From: Camelus dromedarius
Taxonomy: Eukaryota
DNA: 64,000 nt
Direction of reading: 5' to 3'
Assembly: GCF_036321535.1 (NCBI RefSeq)
Contig: NC_087441.1
Location: forward strand, 372,001 to 436,000
Below are positions 23,801 to 33,420 of this stretch, piece after piece. A model generated the notes under the pieces. The model was not told the origin of the DNA and did no database searches. It worked only from the letters and a program-made list of their open reading frames with translations. The position numbers and the translations under genes are program-made. Numbering within the stretch: the stretch's first letter is position 1; each line of letters starts with the position of its first letter.

Positions 23801-24588
23801 ACATGTAAAGGCATTAATTTGCTAAGTGCAGACATTTAGAACATAAAGTCACTTCTGACAGTCCCGTTGACCGCTTCCTCTCTTCCTCTGCTAGGAGTGC
23901 CGCACCCGAACTCTTGCCCCCGCAGGGGAAATGGCCCCGTCACTCCTGGCTTCTGGAGGGCTTTCCTGGTCCCCTCGCAGCACGATGTTTCGCACTCGCT
24001 GGTTTTTATGTTTGTTTCATTAATGAGGGAAGGAAGGAAGGAGGAGGGAGGGAGGCCCTCGGATCCTGACCCACCTTCCTCGTGGAACTTTGATCAGGCT
24101 CTCAGCTGCCCTTGGTCTGGTTTCCTCGTCTCCGGCCGGGGGTGGGCACGTCCTCAACCTCTGGAGCCTGCAGGGCGTTTACGGCTCAGGCTCAGGGTCC
24201 GACAGAGCTGAATTAACCAACCGTCTGAATTCTGCCCTCACCCAAGCCTCCACGTCTTCATCTGTAAGTTGAGAATCAGCCCAAGCTCGCAGGACGTGGG
24301 ACAGGAAGTGGTCAGCCCAGCTCCGTCCTGCGGCTCAACTGCAGCCACTGTCACCAAAGAGCACTGACGTGGAAACGTGGGCACACGTTTCCGTGGACTT
24401 GTGGGCCCACAGGCCCTGGTTTTCCTTTCTTAGTGCTGAGTGCCACGTCCCCACCTCAGAGGGACCAATGGCCCCTGAGGGCCGTGAGTGGGGCCGTGAG
24501 TCCCAGGGACTCTCTGCTTGGTGGCAGCGGCAAGGGGTGGACTGGGGCCAGGTCCTTGTGGACGTGGCTGCAGGGCTGCACCAAACCT

Positions 24589-24716
24589 CCCGGAAGCCCC
24601 CCACCGTCCCACACAGGCTGAGGGACACGGCACCCCGGCCCCGGAGACCCGGAAGCTCCCCCCTCGTCCCGCACAGGCTGAGGGACACGGCACCCCGGCC
24701 CCAGAGACCCGGAAGC
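24589..24716. repeat. 59/60-bp minisatellite (2.2 copies), each unit starting CCCGGAAGC
   Basis: Unit starts at 24589, 24648 and 24708; the shared core 'cacaggctgagggacacggcaccccggcccc' occurs twice. Confidence 0.95.
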
Positions 24717-25940
24717 CTCTAGTCTCCCTCTCGCCACCGTCCTGACTTTGACGTCCCACAAACGCTTCCTGGGCTACTGCTGGGAGCCGGCACTGGGCCT
24801 GGGGCTCCGCAGTCCTGCCCGGCAGTCTCAGTCTGTAGGAAATTAAATGTAAAGCAACCACATGTCCAAATGCAGCATCGCACGACGCCCTGCGTGTTGT
24901 GAAGGTGACACAGAGGCTGTTAAACAGGAGGACTTAGCTTAGGTGGGGGTGGCCAGGCTGCACAAAGCGGTGCTCGCAGGGGCCTGGGGTGCTGGGCGCC
25001 CCTGGAGGACTGGGGGCTGACAGCTGGGCCCCAACGCAGCCCTTGGTTGGAGGTGTGCCCAGTGGGGCCTCTTACCTCTTGGTTGGCTGGACTGGCAGCC
25101 TTGGTGACTACATCCCAGAGCCACTGGCGGGAGGGAGGGTCTTCACTGGGGGTGGGCATAGGGGGGCCACCCATGCCCCGGGCGTTGGTTCCTCAGGGCC
25201 ACCCGCCGCCCCAGCACCTCTCCCTGGCTCCCGTCTTAGCCCGTTTGCTTCAGCCTCACGTCGCCCGCCTGTCCTGTCGCCTCACAACGTAATTCACGCT
25301 GCTGTTGGAGGGACGCTTGGGCCCGAAACCCAGTCCTGCCTCTTTCCAACCCAGTATCCTCCAGTGGCTCCTGGAGGCCCTCAGGTCGAGCGTGAGGTCC
25401 GTGACCTGCCTGCACCCAGTTCCACACACCCCCCCCCCAGCTTCCCCACCGTCCGCATGAAGCTTCCTTCAGCCTCACGGAACCTCTCACGGGCCCGAAT
25501 TCGAGACACTCCCTCACCCTCGACCTGGGCACACGCTTTCCCCCTCCCCCACCCTCAGGACCCACCTCCCCCTGGCCCAGGGCCGGGCCTCCTCTCTCTC
25601 CAGCGGCCGTGAACTCCTCAGGGAGGGCGGCCCTTGAGGGACCTGACTCGCTGCCGGGCTCACTCGCCTGCCCTCAAACCGGCCCGTGAGGACCGCAGGG
25701 CAAAGACCTGCGTCCGTGCCTGGGTGTCCTGAACCCCACACGACACCTGAGCTACAGCAAGGACAGGGGAAAAGGGAGTTTTGGATGAAAAGGTGACTTT
25801 CTGTCCCTCTCTGGTTCTCTAGGGAAGTCAAGAGAAGTTGTATGAGTCACAATGCTTTGACCCAGTGGCCAGTTTACATGGTTCACAGCACGAATCGCTG
25901 AATGGAGGTAATTTGAGGAAAACAGGGCACTGGGTCTCTG

Positions 25941-25952
25941 AGGGAATTCCCT
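25941..25952. promoter_or_regulatory. Perfect palindromic NF-kB (kappaB) motif
   Basis: AGGGAATTCCCT; the core GGGAATTCCC fits GGGRNWYYCC. Motif only. Confidence 0.4.
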
Positions 25953-26299
25953 AAAACCCCAAGTTAGTAAGTAGAAACTGGCTGCCATTTCGAGGAATGG
26001 TGAGATTTCTTTTTGGCAACGTTGCTCTCTCAAACGTCCACACTCAGGCCTTGCTGTCGAGCAGCAGCGCGAGCTCACGCTGAGCGCCCTTCCCGCCTGG
26101 TGTGCTGCGAGGCAAGGCCTGGCCTCCGACAGCACCTCCTAAGGAAGAGGCCTCAGTGTCTACGTTCATCGTGATCTAACCGACTCCTCTAGGGGTGAGA
26201 CTGTTTTATAACAAATCCTGGCTGCGCGTCTGCAACATGCGCGCCCCCGCGGCCAAGTTCACTCTCCCAGCTGGCCTGTGGTGCAAGCACATCGACCCC

Positions 26300-26410
26300 T
26301 AGAATTTCACGGCTAGGAAGCTGAGCCCACGGAGACGGTAACCGGCAAGCTAGCGTCACAGTCGGGAGGTGCCAGGGCCAGAGTGCAAACCCCGGCGGTC
26401 TTACCGGCGG
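26300..26410 (-). mobile_element. MIR fragment (GC-shifted)
   Basis: 'aatttcacggctaggaagctgagcccacggagacggtaaccggcaagctagcgtcacag...gtgcaaaccccggc' resembles reverse MIR 'ttttacagatgaggaaactgaggcccagagaggttaagtgacttgcccaaggtcacacag'. Confidence 0.55.
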
Positions 26411-27862
26411 TTACTCACGGCTCGTGGTGTTGTGTTTTCTCCAAGTCTCTGTCACACGTGATTTTCAACCAAGACCCTATATTTAAAAAGTTATCCACAT
26501 GGCGCCTCCTGGCAAGACTAGACGCCGCGCTTCCTCAGGGGGCGGTCTGTTCACGGGTCCATCACGGTGATTTTGCCTGGACTTAGAGTCTCGCTGCAGC
26601 TCTCGGATCCTGCAGTCTTCCTCTCGGGGGTGAGAAGGAAGAGGTGGCAGCAGTGGCTGCTTGGAAGGCTCCGAAGAGTGACCGCCGACCTGGATCTGGT
26701 CCTGAGGGGAGAGACTCCAAACTTTCCTAGTTTCTGGTGGTGGAGCACCTGTCCTTGTGGTCCAATGGGGCTCACTGACCGCCCAGGTAAACAGGCCCTC
26801 AGTGCCAGCTGCAGCCTCTGCTGGTGCCGCTCTGGGTGTGTGCCTGTGTCCTGGGAGCCACGTCGTCCTGGCTGTCCCCGGACGTGGGGACGTCCTCACT
26901 AGGGACGACGCAGGCCCCTGTGGCCCCGCATCGGCCACATGGTCGTGGCTCTGGTCACTAGGTGTGCATGGACCGTGTCCGGTCCTCCTCCTCTCTCTGG
27001 GTGTGGGCCTGTGGGAACTCCACGCCGTGTCGTCCGTGAAGAAGGAGTGAACCAGAGGGCTCTCCCTTCTCCACCCCAAGGTGTTGCCTGCTCGCTTGCA
27101 TCCGGCCTCTTCTCTGCCCTGTTGGCAGGACCAGAGTGTTGTTTGTCTGCCAGCAGCGGATTCGGAATGTCCTCTGGGAGGCCTCGGGGGAAGGGAGCAG
27201 CTTCCTCGTCAGGGATGCCTCAGGGCAGCCAGAGCCCCTCGCCTGTGGCCTGTGACGTCTGTGCCCCTAGCTGCCCTCCCGGTGTGCCTGTGAGTCCCTG
27301 AGGGGGGCCGTGTGGCCGGCAGTGGGCAGCTGTCCTCCTCTGGGCACTTGCTGAGTCTCAGACTCTGTGAGTCTGATGACCAAGCCAGGGGACTCTGAGC
27401 CCTTCCAGGAAACTGGGGAGCCGGTGCTCACGGCTTGGGGTCAGACGGGGCTGCTGACCTCTGAGAGGGCCTGGCCCCCAGAGAGACGCGCCAACAGCTT
27501 CTTCATCAAATAGGTCAGCGCCTTAACACAAGGCCGTGTGTACGCAGTGATGAAGGTGAGAAAATACAAGTACGCAGCACTGGGGGAGGAAAACCCTGCG
27601 CCACGCCCCCAGCACCGCCGCGGGCTCCTCAGAGTCTTCCTGGGGGTGTGTTTGAACCAACAGGGAGCGAACCTCCTAACCTGCGGAGCGAGGCAGGTTT
27701 TCACTCGGTAGCACATCAGGAACGACTCTGTAGTTGCATTTCTCTTAGGACACATTGCAGAGTGAAGGCAAAGAACCACCTGTGGGCCACAGAGGTCTGC
27801 ACACCGTGGGCGGGGCAGGCTGTGCGCACTCTCTGCTCCTCCCAGGTGCCAAGAGACGAGCC

Positions 27863-27888
27863 GGGTGGGGGGTGTGGGGGGTGGGGGG
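27863..27888 (+). other. G-quadruplex motif
   Basis: GGG-T-GGGGGG-TGT-GGGGGG-T-GGGGGG. Confidence 0.7.
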
Positions 27889-27899
27889 TGTACTTACTC

Positions 27900-28010
27900 G
27901 TGTAATAACACCTCCTGAGTAACTGTTAGGTATTAAGCACTGTTTTAGGCTCTGAGATGACATGTCTGAATAACAAGATTCTTGTTCTCACGAAGTTCAT
28001 ATTCTGGAAG
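27900..28010 (-). mobile_element. LINE-2 3' fragment
   Basis: 'ctcctgagtaactgttaggtattaagcactgttttaggctctgagatgac...cttgttctcacgaagttcatattctgg' resembles the reverse L2 3' end. Confidence 0.55.
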
Positions 28011-30386
28011 GTCTGAATTTGGCCATTTTGGGGCACAGGACATAGATTACAAGGAGGAGAAATATACTTGATGCCAGAATATTTTTGTTCACAGATAACT
28101 TGTGAAATATCAATGAAAAAATTGGTACCTTCTATTGCAACTGAACGTTTGTAGCTGTTAAGATGCTACACTCTGATTTAACTCTTTTTAAGGATTCATT
28201 CAAAAATTTCCCAAAATTCTCTATTCAAATCTAAAAGAAAGTGGAACATTAATCTTGTTTAAAATAACTTTTTATTATGGTCTTTAATTCAATGCACGAA
28301 CAGATTTAATTTTAAAAGCCGTAATTATGTGTTTATTACATGTTCAGAGATCTGAGCAATACCCGAGGGGAGGCTGCCCAGCTGTGGAGGTCAGTTTTAA
28401 CGACAATCTACCGTCCACCAGGGAACCGGCTGGGGCAGAGAGCTCCCTGCAGGCGCTGGCGTCCCGGCGGCGATGCACGCGGTCTCCACCACCCACAGAC
28501 TCCCCGGATTCCGGCAGTTTCTTTCCTTTCCTGACACTTGGTAAATGCAGAGAGTGAGGCCCTGGCACCAGCCTTGCGTCCCTTCCTCTGCGACGTCTGC
28601 ACGCAGGGCCATGCTGTCTCCCTGTGGACTCTCACCAGCTGTGGCTTTTCCTCATCAAGGTCTTCCTGACTCAGCAAAGGAAATCCCAACACTCCACGGA
28701 GCTAAAAGCGGGAAAAGCCACCTTGGTCGCACATCATGATGGACGCGGGCAGTGGTCCGAGGAAGGAGTTGCCATGGATGCCACACATGTCCCAGATCTC
28801 TGGTCTGAACACCCCTGAGTCCCTTCAAGGGGCCCCAGAAGGCAACACTGAGAAGGCGGATTCCCTTCCCTCTTTCCAGCCACGCTCCTCCGAGGAGCAA
28901 GCTGGCAGGCATGGGAGCAGGACGTTTGCAGACAAATATTCTGAGGAAATGACTTGTCCGGTGTGTCCACGGGGTTGGGCGGAGCCCTGCCGCCGAAAAC
29001 CCTGCGGAGAACAGAACGACGTGTTAGGCCTGGAGCCGCCAAGCCGTGGGGCTGCGTCTCCGGTGTTTCGGGCGCACCAGCCTCAGTTCTGGGAGGATCC
29101 ACCCCGATGGGTTCAGGTACCCCTCCCGAGACCGCAGGCCCCGACGCCATCGGCCTCTCCTGGGGCCCCTGCCCCTCCGGCAGGGCTGTGCAGCGCCGGG
29201 CAGTCAGGTCGGCGTCTCCCTGTCACCGCGCACGGCACACGCACGTGAGAACAAGGCTGAGAGCAAACACCATGCTGACACCTGATAAGCAGTATCCGGG
29301 AGAAGGGCTCGGGCTCTTCGTCCCCTGAGGAGCGGGGCCTCGGTGGTAGGACCAGGGGAGGCGTCAGCTTGTGTAAAGAAGTCATCTGAGAAAGTCCTGG
29401 AGTGGCTGAGGCCACGATAGAGACGACATCTGTTCTGAGCACAAACTTGCTGCTGAGCTGCAAGCCGCAGCAGGAGCCTCCCCGATGCCCCTCTAAGAGC
29501 AAAACAGAAGACAGCGGCAGGTCCCTCCAGAGTGGAGGGAGGGAGCCAGGACCGCCCAGGTGGTGGCCTTGTCATGCCAACATCCACGCAGCCCCTCCCC
29601 TCACTTCTCACCTGAGGCACCGCCTTGCCTGGGGCTGCCGCTCCGCAGAGACGCCCTCCTGGGCTGCCCCAGGCACCCCCGGGGGCCTGACGTGGGGCTG
29701 AGGCTCATTGAGGCACCTGGCCCATTGCCTGGTTGGGACCATCTGCTGGTCACACGTGCGAAGTTCTGATTCTAAAGTCGATCGTAGCACAGAGCCTACA
29801 GTGCTGGTGATTCTACTCCGGGATCCCCGTCCCCCGGGGACACAGCATCGGGGCGGAGGCAGCCCCACCCGCCCGGCCAGCCCTTCCCTCCAAAAGGAGG
29901 GCCAGGATGCCCTCTTGTGAAAACAGGCCTGAGACACAGGACGGGCCGGCCTTGCCACCAGCCCAGGCCAGGGGGCCGTTCTCTCCGCACACAGAGGCCT
30001 GTGAAGGGCGGGCTTCGGGGTCTGTGTCCAGCGGGACTTCTTCCTGCCAGGCTCGGGTAAGATCTCAGCCTCCCCTGAGGCTGGGAGAGCTTCCTGGGAC
30101 AAGGCTGAGGGATCTTTCCAGTTCACAAGGTGGTTCCAAGGCCACCTGCATAACCCACTTGCTGGAGTCCAGGGTCTGGACCTGCACACTGTGACCCTGG
30201 GGACCGGGTCACTGGTCAGGGCTAGCCCGGGCGCGGCAGGGTGTGGGCAGCACTGGGACAGCCGAAAACATCTCCAGACGCTGGCCAATGCCCCGCAGGG
30301 ACAAAAGCCTGTTAGGACGCCCAGGACCACAAGAGGATTCCTCCTCTTCACGGTGTTGCTCCTTCCAGACAGAGCAGAAATCTAAT

Positions 30387-30531
30387 CAGGACCAGCTGTA
30401 TAATTTGCAGAGCCAAGTGCAAAAAAGAAAAAAAAATGCAGGGCTTCTAGTTCAAAAACTACATGACACCAACTGTTAGATGAGGCGTGGGTCCTGCTGG
30501 TCACGGTCACCCGCCCCTGAGGTTGGCCCTG
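30387..30531 (-). mobile_element. MER45A-like hAT-Tip100 MITE with degenerate 8-bp TSD
   Basis: 'caggaccagctgtataatttgcagagccaagtgcaaaa...aaatgcagggcttctagttcaaaaa...ggttggccctg'. TIR-like ends CAGGACC/GGCCCTG; flanks aatctaat (30379-30386) and aatcgaac (30532-30539). Confidence 0.7.
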
Positions 30532-30844
30532 AATCGAACGTAGTGCCCGGAAAGCAGCAAGTCACACGCACGGCGGCACACCTGCTCCCCTCTCCGTGCA
30601 GACTCTCAGACTTAGTGGAGGGAACGCCAGCCTGCGGTGTGGGTGCCCCAGCCCAGCACTGTCCTGACCTGAGTGGCTTTGTCACCAGGGGGCCCACGTC
30701 CTCCAACAGGCCTGGCCTCCGCGGGACATGAGGTGCCTGAAAGCAGCGAGAGTCGCCTCGCCCAGAACTCAGGGGGAGTCCCTGAAGACAGGAGCGATTT
30801 TCCATCATGTGCACCCTGTGCCTATCACAGGCACCGCGTCATTT

Positions 30845-33108
30845 CTTTTATTGTGGTTAAAAAACAAACAAAAAAAAGCTTAACATAAACCATCCCATCC
30901 ATTTCTACGTGCACAGGTCAGGGATGCTGAGCACACTCACGTTGCTGTGTGGCTGATCCCCAACCTTCCTCTTGCAGACCTGAAACTGCATGAAACGCAG
31001 CTCCCTGCCCCCCTCAGCCCCTGCAAACATCGGTCCACCTTCTGACTGTGGAACTGACTGACCGAGGCAGCTACACGGGTGCAGGTGTGCAGTGTCTGTT
31101 TGCTTGTGAATGGCTAGTTTCACTGGGCGCAGTGTCCTCGGGTCTGTCCTTGTTGCAGCATTATCGCAGAATCTCCTTCCTTTGCATTTTTCCATTATGT
31201 CTTTACTTTTCCCTTCTGGGTTGGTGGAGCTGTAACTGACACACACACGAGGTTCAGGGTGGACAGCTGCGTGGTCTGACTCGCACACATCACGGGGTGA
31301 GGACCGGAAGGCTTAGAGAAATTCATCGCCTCGTAGGGGTGCGAAAGAACTGCCTTCTGCTTGTGATGAGAACTAGGCTTTGCGCTCTCAGCGACGTTCA
31401 TGTGCAGCAGCCAGCAGTGCTCCTCGTGTTTAGCGTGTGTGTTTATTTGTCTCGTAGCTGAAATCGTGCCTTCTGACCACCTTCATCCACCCCACCCCCG
31501 CCCCCCTCCGCTGGTAACCACAACCTGATCTCTCTCCCATGAGTTTCTTTGTTTTTGAAGTCCTTCCCCTTCAACATCCCTGGGTGGTGTTCCATTGTGT
31601 GTGCAGACCACAAGCACTGCTCCTCTCACCTGTCAGACGGCGCGTGGGCTGCTTCCGTGTTCTAGCAACTGTGAACAATGCTGCTCTGCACACGGGTGTA
31701 CCGGTGTCTTTTTGAGACCCTGCTCTCATTTCTTTTGGGTATATGCCCAGCAGTGGAATTGCTGGATCATATGGTAATTCTATGTTTTATTTTCCAAGAA
31801 ACCACAGTAGAGTTTTCCATAGAATCTGCACCATTTTCAATTGCACCAACACTGCACTATTCCAGTTCCTCCACATTCTCACCAACACCCGTCATTCTCT
31901 GGTCGGCTTGTCCGTCTGCCTTTACAGTAAGCGCCCTGACAGCCGCGGTGGTGTCTCCCTGAGGACCTGGTCTGCGCTTCCCTGGTGATGCGTGGTGCTG
32001 AGCATCTTGTCATGCGTCTGTTGGCCAGTTGTGTGTCTTCTCTGGAGAAAAGTCAATTCAGGTCCCTTGTCCACTTTGCGGTTGTCACTGAGCCGCAGGT
32101 GCTCTTTGTGCATTCTGGACCTGGACTCTCCACTAGGTGTGGAATTCGCAGGCACTTCCTCTCACTGTGCAGCCTGCCCTTCACTGTGTTGACTCTAACG
32201 TTTGACGGAAAATTTTTTACTTTTGATGAAATCCAGCAGCTCTGTTTTCACTTCTGTTGCCTGTGCTTTTGGTGTGACATCCAGGAAATTCTTGCCAAAT
32301 CCAATGTCCTTTACTCCATGTTTCCTTCTAGGAGCTTACAATTTGGGCTCTTATATTTATGTTTTTGATTAATTTGAGTTACCTTTTGCATATGGTGTAA
32401 GGTTAGAACCAGACTTTTCCTTTGCACGTGGATGTCCTGTTTCCCCAGACCATTTGCTGAAGAGACCTTCCTTTCCCTCTGAGTCATGTTGGCGCCCCAC
32501 ACCCCGTCAAGGTCATGTGACCACACGCTCAGGATTCAGCCCTGTGGTCTCTGCTCCGCTCCGCGGGTCTACGTCCGCCTTTGCGCCAGCGCCACTCTGT
32601 TTTGGTTGCTGTATGTTTGTAGTAAGTGTTGAAATCAGGAAGTGTGAGACCTCCAGCTTGGTTCTTTTTCAAAATTGTTCCAGCTATTTGGGTTCCTTGA
32701 AGCTCTGTCTGAATTTTAGGATGGATTTTTCTATTTTCACAAAAATACCGCAGGGATTCCGACAGAGGCTGTGTCTAACCTGCGGGTGACGTGGGCAGCA
32801 CTGGCGTTTTCACAACGTCAGTTTCTCTGACCCATGAACACAAATGCCTTTCCACTTATGGAGGTCGTCTTCACTTTCTTCTCGCAACGTTTTTTAGTCT
32901 TAAGGGTACAAGCCTTTTCCCTCCTTGTCGAAGCGTATTCCTAGGTATTTTATTCCTTTTTGATGACATTGTAAGTGGGTGTTTCCTTATTTCCTCTTTG
33001 GATTGTTTGCTGTTAGTATAGAAATGCAACTGATTTTTTGTGTGTTGATTTCATATCCTGAAACTTTGCTGAATACGTTAATTAGTTCTGATGGTAATTT
33101 TTGTGGGT
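30845..33108 (-). mobile_element. Old L1M (L1MA/L1MB-type) 3' UTR plus ORF2 C-terminal region, interrupted by a nested L1 at 31184-31560
   Basis: Starts 'tttctttattgtggttaaaa'; contains 'ttttgggtatatgcccagcagtggaattgctggatcatatggtaattctatg' and 'tagtatagaaatgcaactgattttttgtgtgttgatttcatatcctgaaactttgctgaat'. Confidence 0.9.
31184..31560 (-). mobile_element. Nested younger L1 3' end (L1_Art/laurasiatherian type)
   Basis: 'cttgtgatgagaactagg', 'ccttctgaccaccttcatcca', 'ctggtaaccacaacctgatctc...atgagtttctttgtttttgaag'. Flanked by tccttccttt (31174-31183) and tccttcccct (31561-31570). Confidence 0.65.
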
Positions 33109-33174
33109 CGGACATTCAACAATTTTTAAGCAAACATAATACTTGCATTGGTCTTACTGGGAGTAACTGTAAGT

Positions 33175-33420
33175 AACATTCATTGAACACTAACAATGTG
33201 CCAAGCCCCTCTGCGTCATTTCTAGCCTCATTTTGTATCTAAAAGCTTTCTTTCATTTTAGATGGACATCATCTCTTAAACGCCCAAATAGCCCTGTGAA
33301 AGATCATTTTCTCCATTTTACAGAGGAGAAACTGAGGTCCCCACGTTAAGGGGTGTGTAGGTGCCAGACATGGGACGTTCAGCCAACAGTTTCTGCTGGG
33401 AGCCCCCGTCCTCTGCGCTG
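33175..33420 (-). mobile_element. MIR element
   Basis: 'aacattcattgaacactaacaatgtgccaagc...ctccattttacagaggagaaactgagg'. Confidence 0.75.

Noticed and set aside
24589-24716. CRISPR-like arrays (this repeat and the 41938-42075 repeat)
   Set aside because: Head-to-tail minisatellites without unique spacers, in mammalian DNA with no cas genes.
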